Shown here piece by piece: positions 18,660 to 27,076 of a stretch of 32,000 nucleotides of DNA. The notes beneath the pieces were generated by a model, which did not search any database, had not been told where the DNA came from, and saw nothing but the letters and a program-made list of their open reading frames with translations. The position numbers and the translations under genes are program-made. Position 1 is the first letter of the stretch. Each line of letters begins with the position of its first letter. This stretch comes from Prochlorococcus marinus str. NATL2A (GTDB taxonomy: Bacteria; Cyanobacteriota; Cyanobacteriia; PCC-6307; Cyanobiaceae): positions 1,620,001 to 1,652,000 of the forward strand of contig NC_007335.2 of the NCBI RefSeq assembly GCF_000012465.1, in the 5' to 3' direction.

Positions 18660-19085
18660 TTATGCATCGTAAGTTTTTTTACCGCTAAATTTCAAACTTG
18701 CTGGATTAGGATTTTCACCGATGCGTCTATTGTTGTAGCCCTCTTTCAAGCGGCCTTCATTAGGTTTCTCAGAGAAAACCCCATCTTTTGGGAAAAGCAA
18801 TTCTCTATCTCCTCCAGGATAAATTCTATATATTTTACTTGTTTCAATTCTTGGTTTAAATCCTCTCAATTGAGTATTCAAGGCAAAACATTGCTCTTTT
18901 CTAGCAAAGTACATGAGATTATCACCCTCGTGCATGACTGCAGCTCCTCCTGTTGGAAGTTCAAAGACCCCAGAAGTTTTACTTGTCCATGTAATTGCAT
19001 ATTTTTCTTCGGTTTCAGCGGAGTTCAATAACCCACCAGTGCTACCAATGTGCTTTGGAAGTGTTCCAGGTAATACTTCGGTCAT
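18660..19085 (-). CDS. psaD: Photosystem I reaction centre subunit II (PsaD)
   Basis: 141 aa with ATG start. [27 protein letters not shown] and [16 protein letters not shown] are diagnostic PsaD blocks. Confidence 0.95.
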   Translation of the reverse strand: MTEVLPGTLPKHIGSTGGLLNSAETEEKYAITWTSKTSGVFELPTGGAAVMHEGDNLMYFARKEQCFALNTQLRGFKPRIETSKIYRIYPGGDRELLFPKDGVFSEKPNEGRLKEGYNNRRIGENPNPASLKFSGKKTYDA

Positions 19086-19187
19086 GCTTTCAATTAAATC
19101 AACTTTTTCTTTATATTTTTAAATTAGCACTTTATTTTGTGCCTTTTGACTCATTAGACGTCAACTTCACACGCGTCAACATTAACC

Positions 19188-20573
19188 TTAAAGATCAAGT
19201 TCTTTTGATTCAGAAACAGGAAAAAATATCGTCATTCCACTGTCTCGCCTATTTGTCAGACGTCCACCAAGGCTTTTCAAAAGTCTTTGTGTTGCAGCCT
19301 GACTAAGTTGCAAATTACCTGTAGCTGGATTCCAACTGAGTACTGGTCCAATTTCTTCATTGGAAACACTTTCTGATAATCCAGAATGAGTAGTAGCTGT
19401 AAGATGGGTTAAAATCTGAAGCTTTAGTCTCTGTCCAGCTGGCCTTAATTTCAAAGTTAATTCTCCACCCACTTGTAATCCACGACTGTTTCTGTCAATA
19501 AGACCTGTCAACATTAATTCAAGTCCTTCTGAGTCACTCAAAACTTTTGGTAAATCCTGTGTGATATCAAGAATAAGTGTCAAGCCTTTTCGCTCTAACT
19601 GACTTCTCCACACGGGAGAAAGCATTGTGAGCATTTGCCCTAAATCGGTTAAAGCTAAATTTGTTTGTTTAGGCTTGCTTCTCTCTAGCTCCACTGCATT
19701 AAAAATCAAACCAAAACGATCAATTTGTTCCGTACATTCAATATCTATTTGCTTCAAACGCGTTTCAACTACTTGAGGTAAATCTTGCTTTCTTAAAAGA
19801 GATCTTATTAAGGTTCTTATTGTCGCCAGCGGAGTTCTGATTTCATGAGTTAATGCCTCTAGCAAGGAAATTTCACTATTTTTTGAACTAGATTTGTGAT
19901 CATTAATTAAATTGTCTGGCAAAGTTTGAATATTTAGACTTGGTGCAATATCTGCTAGACGTTGAGATAATAGAGGCCAAAATACTTTAGATAAATCATC
20001 ATTTGTTTTTAGCTGTCCCATCTCACCAAGTGCATTTCGGAGATTATTTGCTTGTTCAACATTCTCTGTATTCAATCTATTATCAAGTAGTGTCAAAAGA
20101 TCACTTAGAGTCTCGGGATCACTTCGCATTAATAATTTTCTCTCATGCGATTTACCTTCCAGAGCCAAAGCTATTTGAATTTCAGGAGTAATAACTATTA
20201 GTAATGGATCATTTCCATCTTCCTCAAGAAGAGACAAGCGCTCATAGCCTGCAGAATCATTGTGGAAATCCATCGAAGCCGATTTACTTGGAGGCAACAT
20301 CCCCATAGAAGGGTTTGAAATATTTAACAAGTCCTTTGGTGCCCACACCCATCCTTGAAATTTCTTGAGTAATTTAGGTTCGTAGAGTGCAGGCAACGGA
20401 GAAGACAACCACAAACCTCTTGTAAGGTTCATTGGCAACAAAATGTCTGACTGAAGAGTATCAAGAGCTGCCCACCACATTCTCCTTACTGCGGATTCAC
20501 TGCTTGTGGCATGAGGAACACCCTCAGCCATTCTTCTTTGTAAGGCTTTAATAGTTACTAGAGGCGTGCTCAC
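19188..20573 (-). CDS. Soluble two-component sensor histidine kinase-like protein (intact H-box, degenerate ATP-binding domain)
   Basis: 461 aa with GTG start. The H-box is LTHEIRTPLATIRTLIRSL. The region where the N, G1 and G2 boxes are expected reads LIDRNSRG, LTATTHSGLS and ATGNLQLS. No TM segments are visible. Confidence 0.75.
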   Translation of the reverse strand: MSTPLVTIKALQRRMAEGVPHATSSESAVRRMWWAALDTLQSDILLPMNLTRGLWLSSPLPALYEPKLLKKFQGWVWAPKDLLNISNPSMGMLPPSKSASMDFHNDSAGYERLSLLEEDGNDPLLIVITPEIQIALALEGKSHERKLLMRSDPETLSDLLTLLDNRLNTENVEQANNLRNALGEMGQLKTNDDLSKVFWPLLSQRLADIAPSLNIQTLPDNLINDHKSSSKNSEISLLEALTHEIRTPLATIRTLIRSLLRKQDLPQVVETRLKQIDIECTEQIDRFGLIFNAVELERSKPKQTNLALTDLGQMLTMLSPVWRSQLERKGLTLILDITQDLPKVLSDSEGLELMLTGLIDRNSRGLQVGGELTLKLRPAGQRLKLQILTHLTATTHSGLSESVSNEEIGPVLSWNPATGNLQLSQAATQRLLKSLGGRLTNRRDSGMTIFFPVSESKELDL

Positions 20574-20676
20574 GAGAACCTAAAAACCTCATGCAAACCT
20601 TTAAATCCATTTGATTGATTAGATTTTAAAGGATGAAAAAGCATAAAATGTAGAGTTAAAACTCGTGAGGTTTGCT
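20568..20676 (-). promoter_or_regulatory. Structured leader upstream of the histidine kinase gene (hairpin plus competing 8-10 nt pairings, one covering the GTG start)
   Basis: The hairpin pairs 20598-20607 with 20622-20632 (10 bp, 1-nt bulge). Segment 20662-20675 is complementary to 20569-20576 (which includes the start codon), to 20584-20591 and to 20593-20600. Confidence 0.3.
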
Positions 20677-20966
20677 TAGTTGCCTAATTAAAAGTTAATT
20701 AAAATCTCTTTAGAAAACTAAGTTCATAGGAGCTAATTTGTCTATGAGTAAAGATTTAATAAGGAGAAATGAATCTTAAAAACTTACTTTTCAATATTAA
20801 CTAATTCAATGAAGCTAATGTTTGATCTGAAAGTGAGGATTCCTTCCTTTACATAGACAAAAAAACTTAACCTCAAGATGGTATTGGTATTAACCCTAAT
20901 GATACTAAAGGCTCTATATTGACTAAATAAATGCGTTTAGAAAAACACCTAAGCAAAAGTATCTAG

Positions 20967-22241
20967 TCAAAGATTTCTTCTTACTGACTGACCTCGTCTA
21001 GACACTGATAAACAAAAGCCCAGACTAATAAAATTGACAAATAACGCAGTTCTTCCATAGCTCATAAAAGGTAAAGGGATTCCAGTCACAGGGCCTAGGC
21101 CAATAGTCATAAATATATTGACCATAATTTGAAAGATAAACATTGAAGTTATTCCAATCACAATCAATGATTCAAAATCAGTACGCGCATCAATAGCTAT
21201 CTTTATTAATCGCAAGATTAGAATAAAAAATAAAAATGAGACCAATAAAGTTCCTAAAAAGCCTGTCTCTTCTCCAAGAGCACTAAAAATGAAATCTGTA
21301 TGTTGCTCTGGAATAAATTTTAATTTAGTTAATTGACCTTGCATCAGACCTGATCCCAGCAATCCTCCAGATCCAATGCCTATTTTGCTTTGAAGCATGT
21401 GATATCCACCACCTAAAGGATCTTGGCTAGGATTAAGAAAAAGGATTAGTCGATCTTTTTGGTAATCTCTTAAAACAGATTCCCAAATCCAAGGAGAGAT
21501 TTTCGCTATTAATGAATGAAAAAAGACAACTAATAAAGTTAGTAATTTTTTTTGATGTGGCAGAGACTTATAAGACAAAAAACCAATGATTGGGATCCAA
21601 ATAAAAAGTCCAAATTGATATACGTATGCAAGTAATCCCGTAACCAAAGTAGCCAAAATAATAAATGCCCACTCATATGGCATCCCCGCCCAATACAACA
21701 TTCCAAGAAGTATGGCTCCAAAAACAAGAGATGTACCAAGATCAGGTTGTATAAAAACCAAAATCCAAGGCAAAAAGGAAACGAATAAAGGTTTCATTAA
21801 ATGGGATAAATCTGAAAACCTTTTTTGATCTAAGATAGAAGCCAAGACAAGTATTAAGGTTAATTTTGCAAACTCAGAGGGTTGAATATATAAGCCAGCA
21901 AAGCTCAACCATCTTTTTGCTCCCAAGGCAGAAGTACCACTAAAATTCACATATAAAAGTGTTGAAATAGTCAAAAAATATATTGTTAGAGTATATTTTC
22001 GTAAATCTTGCAAAGGAACTTGAGCTAAAAAATAAATAATTAATGTACCTATATAAGCAATAATTGCATGTTGATACCAATCTGTAATTCCAAGATTTCT
22101 CTGAGTGCTCGCAATTAAAAAACAAGATAAATGTACTAAAATAAAAGGCACGATCCAAATTACTAAATCTATATCTCTCCAAATCTTTTTGTTTCTTACT
22201 ATTTTAAAAGAAGATATTTTATTGCGACCAAAACCCATCAT
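20967..22241 (-). CDS. ftsW: SEDS-family peptidoglycan glycosyltransferase (FtsW/RodA/SpoVE)
   Basis: 424-aa polytopic membrane protein. PSEFAKL, QPDLGT, the EQHTDFIF motif and the C-terminal GLGPVTGIPLPFMSYG block are typical of FtsW/RodA. The choice between FtsW and RodA is not resolved. Confidence 0.85.
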   Translation of the reverse strand: MMGFGRNKISSFKIVRNKKIWRDIDLVIWIVPFILVHLSCFLIASTQRNLGITDWYQHAIIAYIGTLIIYFLAQVPLQDLRKYTLTIYFLTISTLLYVNFSGTSALGAKRWLSFAGLYIQPSEFAKLTLILVLASILDQKRFSDLSHLMKPLFVSFLPWILVFIQPDLGTSLVFGAILLGMLYWAGMPYEWAFIILATLVTGLLAYVYQFGLFIWIPIIGFLSYKSLPHQKKLLTLLVVFFHSLIAKISPWIWESVLRDYQKDRLILFLNPSQDPLGGGYHMLQSKIGIGSGGLLGSGLMQGQLTKLKFIPEQHTDFIFSALGEETGFLGTLLVSFLFFILILRLIKIAIDARTDFESLIVIGITSMFIFQIMVNIFMTIGLGPVTGIPLPFMSYGRTALFVNFISLGFCLSVSRRGQSVRRNL

Positions 22242-22250
22242 TAATTTAAA

Positions 22251-23336
22251 TCACTGTTTAACAGATAATGCATTACACAAAGTTCCAGCAAGTTCTAAAA
22301 ATACTTTTGCTGTTATTGAATCTCTAGATGTATGAACGACAGGTAGATCCTTACCTGTGCCTGAAAAAGTATCTGTCTCTATTGGTATTTGAGAGAGTAA
22401 AGGGACATTATTCTCTTTAGCTAATTGACTACCTCCTCCTGAACCAAAAATCTTGTATGATTTTTGTGGCTGATCTGGAGGGATAAAATAGGTCATATTT
22501 TCTATCACTCCAAGTACTGGAATATTCATTTGTTTAAACATTGCCAAGCCCCTTCTTGAGTCTTGAAGGGATACATTTTGTGGAGTTGTAACTATTATCA
22601 CACCTGCCATGGGAACTGCCTGGGCCAAAGAAAGTTGGGCATCTCCAGTTCCTGGGGGAAGATCTACTATTAAAAAATCACGTTCACCCCAAGAAGCTTG
22701 ATATAAAAATTGTCGAATAATTCCATTAAGCATAGGGCCACGCCAAATTACTGGCTGATTTTGATCAATTAATAATCCCATTGAAACCATTCCAATTCCA
22801 CAAGTTTCAATGGGAATAATCTTTTGCTCAGCACCCGACCCACTGACTTCAGGAGTTATTTCGCTAACGCCAAGCATATACGGCGTATTTGGCCCATAAA
22901 TATCAGCATCAAGCAAGCCAACCTTAAAACCTTTTTGACTTAGAGCACAAGCCAAATTCACGGCAACCGTACTTTTACCAACCCCACCTTTACCGCTACT
23001 TATAGCGATAACATTTTTCACTTTTGGTATTGCAGTTAATCCCTGAGATTGACTACCGTGGCCAGCTTGACCAATAGGAGACTCTTTAGATGGAGATGAA
23101 TCACCTATCTCTATTTGTACTTCTTCTATATCTTCCAATGACTTAATGCTTTCCCTAATATCAACTGCCATCTGACCTCTTTGAGCTATCGCAAAATTAG
23201 GGAGATTTAGTCTTACAACAATTTTCGGTGGCTTTACTGAAACTACTTCAAGCCATCCGAGTTCCACAATAGATCGTTCACTTCCGACATCCTTGACTGA
23301 ATGAAACGCTTTTAAAACCTTATCGTTGGTTTGCAT
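22251..23336 (-). CDS. Mrp/ApbC/NBP35-family Fe-S cluster carrier ATPase (HCF101-like) with N-terminal DUF59-like domain
   Basis: It has the deviant Walker A SSGKGGVGKSTV and DLPPGTGD. The N-terminal 90 aa resemble the MIP18/DUF59 domain. There is a 9-nt gap to the downstream SEDS gene. Confidence 0.9.
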   Translation of the reverse strand: MQTNDKVLKAFHSVKDVGSERSIVELGWLEVVSVKPPKIVVRLNLPNFAIAQRGQMAVDIRESIKSLEDIEEVQIEIGDSSPSKESPIGQAGHGSQSQGLTAIPKVKNVIAISSGKGGVGKSTVAVNLACALSQKGFKVGLLDADIYGPNTPYMLGVSEITPEVSGSGAEQKIIPIETCGIGMVSMGLLIDQNQPVIWRGPMLNGIIRQFLYQASWGERDFLIVDLPPGTGDAQLSLAQAVPMAGVIIVTTPQNVSLQDSRRGLAMFKQMNIPVLGVIENMTYFIPPDQPQKSYKIFGSGGGSQLAKENNVPLLSQIPIETDTFSGTGKDLPVVHTSRDSITAKVFLELAGTLCNALSVKQ

Positions 23337-23516
23337 TCTTAATTTCTATTACATTTGATGATAGTAAAAAATTCGGCACATATTCCACCTCATGATCCAA
23401 TGATATTGCCTTTAGTAATAAGTAAAAACTATTCGCAATACAAACTTTTCCAATATTGGTGTGAAATGTGCATCATTTGAAAGTATTTTTTTAAAGAAAG
23501 CAAAATACAATTAATT

Positions 23517-24563
23517 TTGTCCTCCTCACAAGATAAAGCCAATTTACCGGCAAACAATTCAAGAGCTCGAGCAAAAAAGCTTGTTTTAGAGCTTCAAGAT
23601 GAAATTTGCGCTGGCTTAGAGACTATTGATGGTGAAGGCAAATTCCTAGAAGAATCTTGGGAGAGACCAGAGGGTGGTGGTGGACGCTCAAGAGTCTTGA
23701 AAGATGGACAAATCTTTGAGCAGGGAGGGGTGAATTTTTCTGAAGTACATGGCAATGAACTTCCACCCTCAATCATTAGCCAAAGACCAGAAGCAAAAGG
23801 TCACTCTTGGTTTGCGACAGGAACCTCAATGGTTCTTCACCCCAAAAGTCCTTACATACCTACTGTTCATCTTAATTACAGATATTTCGAAGCAGGGCCT
23901 GTTTGGTGGTTTGGGGGAGGGGCTGATTTAACACCTTTCTATCCATATCTATCTGACACGCGTCACTTTCACTCATGCCATAAAAATGCATGTGACACAA
24001 TTGACAAAGATCTACATAAGGTTTTCAAACCTTGGTGTGACGAATATTTCTTCCTAAAACATAGAAATGAGACTAGAGGAGTTGGAGGTATCTTTTATGA
24101 CTATCAAGACGGATCCGGCTTGCTTTATAAAGGACAAAATGCAAATGGGAAGGCCTCTAAAATCGCAAAAGAGCTAGGGGAATATTCTTTGAATTGGGAA
24201 AATCTTTTTTCACTTGCCAAAGCATGCGGGCAGGCATTTCTGCCCTCCTATGAGCCAATAATAAAAAAGCGAAAAAATCAAAGTTTTTCAACCAAAGAAA
24301 GAGACTTTCAACTTTATAGGCGAGGTAGATATGCTGAGTTCAATTTAGTATGGGATAGAGGAACCATTTTTGGATTACAAACGAATGGAAGAACGGAGTC
24401 AATATTGATGTCATTACCTCCCTTAGCAAGATGGGAGTATGGATATAAGCCAGAAGAAAATTCACGTGAGGCTCTATTAACAGATTTATTTACTAAGCCT
24501 CAAGATTGGTTTACAGATAAATCTCTGGAAAAGAGGTGTTTAACTCATCAAGCATTAGATTAG
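23517..24563 (+). CDS. hemF: Oxygen-dependent coproporphyrinogen III oxidase
   Basis: It has RGVGGIFYD and [31 protein letters not shown] blocks. The start is TTG, and no in-frame ATG exists after the upstream TGA at 23478. Confidence 0.93.
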   Translation: MSSSQDKANLPANNSRARAKKLVLELQDEICAGLETIDGEGKFLEESWERPEGGGGRSRVLKDGQIFEQGGVNFSEVHGNELPPSIISQRPEAKGHSWFATGTSMVLHPKSPYIPTVHLNYRYFEAGPVWWFGGGADLTPFYPYLSDTRHFHSCHKNACDTIDKDLHKVFKPWCDEYFFLKHRNETRGVGGIFYDYQDGSGLLYKGQNANGKASKIAKELGEYSLNWENLFSLAKACGQAFLPSYEPIIKKRKNQSFSTKERDFQLYRRGRYAEFNLVWDRGTIFGLQTNGRTESILMSLPPLARWEYGYKPEENSREALLTDLFTKPQDWFTDKSLEKRCLTHQALD

Positions 24564-24574
24564 ATACTGAACTT

Positions 24575-25330
24575 CTAGATTATTCCATTTAAAAAAGCCT
24601 GAACTATTTCAGTTGCAAGAAGCTTTATTGTTTTTTGCCTAGTTTTTAAATTTCTGAGATTTTGTTCTAATAAACCCTCTAATTTCCCGATTTCAAGAAC
24701 CCTTATTTGTCTTCTTGGAGCTCCTAAACCTCCTCTAAATAACACAGGAAACCGTCCAAATTTCCTGGCAATTGACTCGTCTATTTTATTTGGTGTCTCA
24801 GAAAAAGGAGGGATTAATCCTGAACCAACTCCGTACTTACCATATGCATCAAAATGAATCTCAATCGCATACCCACCACGTTTGGCGAATCTCTTACCTA
24901 CTGACCAATTCGTTCGTGGATCATTAGCATCATCTATATTTCTTATTCCTGGGTCATAAGATCTGATATTTAAACCTTTTTTTTTGCCAAGTTTAACAAT
25001 TGATTCTTGTAATTTTAAATTCCAAAAAAGTTCATCACTAATTTCTGGATGCATAGGATTCAAACCAAACTTATCTACAGCTTCCCCAGGTGTGCCAGCA
25101 CCAGCCAATCCCTGAGAGTCTGCGTGGCCAGCTAATACTAAAATAGGAATATTTTTATCTACATCTTTACTACCAATCCAAGTTGCAGATAGATTAGAAG
25201 CATCCCCGATGATTAGTTCAAAATCTTCTTTAAAGCTAAAATTCCTAGTATAATAAAGTTGAGCAAACGTATAAAAAGCAAGTAAAAAAACTATTAATTT
25301 TAAACTATCTAATACTTTATTTCTTAACAC
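24575..25330 (-). CDS. Membrane-anchored or secreted cell-wall amidase-like protein (Amidase_3 / MurNAc-L-Ala amidase-like)
   Basis: GTG start and an N-terminal hydrophobic anchor. LVLAGHADSQG, EIHFDAYG and RVLEIGKL are spaced like the His/Glu/His zinc ligands and the terminal strand of Amidase_3 enzymes. Confidence 0.5.
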   Translation of the reverse strand: MLRNKVLDSLKLIVFLLAFYTFAQLYYTRNFSFKEDFELIIGDASNLSATWIGSKDVDKNIPILVLAGHADSQGLAGAGTPGEAVDKFGLNPMHPEISDELFWNLKLQESIVKLGKKKGLNIRSYDPGIRNIDDANDPRTNWSVGKRFAKRGGYAIEIHFDAYGKYGVGSGLIPPFSETPNKIDESIARKFGRFPVLFRGGLGAPRRQIRVLEIGKLEGLLEQNLRNLKTRQKTIKLLATEIVQAFLNGII

Positions 25331-25339
25331 TAATACTAA

Positions 25340-25897
25340 TTAAATAGGAGAAGAAAGTAGAGAGTTTTCGCTACTAAGCTCAAGACTTTCAGATAATTCC
25401 AACTGAATTGCTATCAGCTCATCACGATGAGCTTTGATTCGTAAAATGCTCATATCAGATAGATCTGAACTTAACAACTTAACTTCTAATGATTCCTCTC
25501 GTTTGGATTTAATACGATAAATGATTCCAGCCAGAGGTGCACCAATAGCAGCTAGTAGCAAAGGCCACCAGCTCAAAGAGGGATAAAGCTGAATTAGAAC
25601 AAGGCCTAAACAGGCTGAGCCCACTCCTCCTAGGCAAGATAAAAAGATCACCAAAAAAGCACTAGAAGCAACATTGCCACTAAAGATCAACACTTTCTCT
25701 TCAACATTGCCTCCATTTTTTTTCCAACCACGATCTTCCAACCAAAAACTAATGCCTTTCAAAACTTCTAGGGGAGGCAAAGGGGACTGAACATCTACAA
25801 TTGTTGTGCGGTCCTTACTAGCAGCTCGCAAAAAGAATCCCAAACCTATTGCCAATAGGATAGTGAGAAACAAAGTTGAGGAGAATGCCGATTGCAT
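25340..25897 (-). CDS. Integral membrane protein, possibly CCB1-like (cofactor assembly of complex C subunit B; family from memory)
   Basis: 185 aa with ATG start. It has an N-terminal TM with FFLRAASKDRTT and two more central TM helices. There is a 9-nt gap to the downstream amidase-like gene. Confidence 0.4.
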   Translation of the reverse strand: MQSAFSSTLFLTILLAIGLGFFLRAASKDRTTIVDVQSPLPPLEVLKGISFWLEDRGWKKNGGNVEEKVLIFSGNVASSAFLVIFLSCLGGVGSACLGLVLIQLYPSLSWWPLLLAAIGAPLAGIIYRIKSKREESLEVKLLSSDLSDMSILRIKAHRDELIAIQLELSESLELSSENSLLSSPI

Positions 25898-26083
25898 CTC
25901 AAAAATACGATCATTTTTATTTTAATTGTTCTGGAAAACATAGCTACAAAAGTGAGCTAAAGAAATCAAAAGATTTTTGAACACATAACATCGTTGAATT
26001 TACTGAATATTTTTTATCATTTGAGGTACTAGAATTAGATCATAAAGAAATTTCTGCTGAATTAAATTTCCATTAAATTTATT

Positions 26084-26728
26084 ATGCCAAAAAAAACCGA
26101 TGAACCCTCGACTTTCAATATCTTTGATCAAGACATAGATAGTGAAACTGAGATTGCTTTAAGATCATCTTCAGCTTTAGCAGTTGATACCGAAGCCATG
26201 GGATTAATTCATGGTAGAGATCGGCTTTGTTTAATACAAATATGTGATGAATTTGATAATGTTATTTGTATTCGTATAGAACGAAATCAACATTCAGCAC
26301 CACACTTAAAATCTATTCTTGAGAACAAAACAATTGAAAAAGTCTTTCATTTTGCAAGATTTGATGTCGCTGCCTTAGCAAGTAATCTCAATATTAATGT
26401 TAATCCAATTTTTTGTACAAAAATCGCAAGTAAAATAGGAAGAACTTATAGTCCAAGGCATGGATTAAAAGAAGTAGTTTTGGAGACTGTTGGAGTGGAA
26501 TTAGACAAACAAGCTCAAAGCAGTGACTGGGGAAAAGTTGGTGATTTAACTCAAAAACAACTTATCTATGCTTCAAATGATGTTAGATATTTACTAGGCG
26601 CAAAACACAAACTTGAAGAGATGTTGAAACGTGAAGAAAGATGGGGATTAGCCCAAAAATGTTTCCAATGCGTACCAGTTTTGTCCGAGCTTGATAGAAG
26701 AAGATTTACAAATATTTTTGATCATTAA
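26084..26728 (+). CDS. rnd: 3'-5' exonuclease, RNase D-like (DEDDy domain only)
   Basis: The three exo motifs are AVDTEAMG, HFARFDVAAL and YASNDVRYL. At 214 aa there are no HRDC domains. Confidence 0.8.
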   Translation: MPKKTDEPSTFNIFDQDIDSETEIALRSSSALAVDTEAMGLIHGRDRLCLIQICDEFDNVICIRIERNQHSAPHLKSILENKTIEKVFHFARFDVAALASNLNINVNPIFCTKIASKIGRTYSPRHGLKEVVLETVGVELDKQAQSSDWGKVGDLTQKQLIYASNDVRYLLGAKHKLEEMLKREERWGLAQKCFQCVPVLSELDRRRFTNIFDH

Positions 26729-26749
26729 TTTTTTCATCCAAAAAATGTA

Positions 26750-27019
26750 TTAATCCTCAAGCATAAAATTCTCCTCTTCTTTTAGAGCCTTTAATAATTG
26801 ATCAAATGATGCGGCGGCAGATACACTTTGTTTTGTATCCTCATTTAAAGTTTGCTCAAGGAAACTTTGAGCAATTTCTTTTCTAGATTGCAAATCTTTT
26901 TTGCCTTCTTTAGCTGCCGCGACCTCTACTTTTCGTCGAGCGGCTGAAATACTAATACTTAAAGAGGATGCTAATTGAGCACAAATTTTAAGATAATGAT
27001 GATCTTCAATTAGTGGCAT
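26750..27019 (-). CDS. Hypothetical protein (89 aa, helical, charged)
   Basis: ORF with ATG start, 57 nt downstream of the glycosyltransferase-like gene on the same strand. I recognised no motif. Confidence 0.5.
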   Translation of the reverse strand: MPLIEDHHYLKICAQLASSLSISISAARRKVEVAAAKEGKKDLQSRKEIAQSFLEQTLNEDTKQSVSAAASFDQLLKALKEEENFMLED

Positions 27020-27076
27020 ATGCAGAAGCTTGAATAGAAAATCTTCATGAAAAATCTTTTATTAGATTACACCTCA

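Noticed and set aside
18651-19306. Three + strand ORFs (126, 69 and 103 aa) overlapping psaD and the kinase 3' end
   Set aside because: They lie antisense to well-supported genes, have Cys/Phe-rich low-complexity translations and carry no motifs. They are typical shadow ORFs of AT-rich coding DNA. The same judgement applies to 219..470, 3523..3723, 6741..6929, 7280..7486, 10087..10389, 10630..10854, 10688..10876, 11978..12163, 13076..13288, 16207..16425, 17433..17675, 20003..20191, 21539..21739, 21940..22182, 22105..22335, 23594..23776, 23749..23931, 27285..27473, 29559..29795 and 31354..31593.
20744-20803. AAGGAG Shine-Dalgarno-like hexamer with two overlapping 11-codon ORFs (MSKDLIRRNES and MNLKNLLFNIN)
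   Set aside because: The AAGGAG-to-ATG spacing is only 2 nt for the second ORF, and the first ORF contains the hexamer itself. The peptides are too short and featureless to support, and a single AAGGAG in about 400 bp of purine-rich spacer is not surprising.
23520-23533. TCCTCCTCACAAG at the hemF start, resembling the conserved ACUCCUCACAC core of the cyanobacterial sRNA Yfr1
   Set aside because: It has the same sense as the sRNA motif rather than being complementary to it, so it is not a target site. It lies inside a coding sequence with no flanking stem-loops, so it is not a Yfr1 gene.
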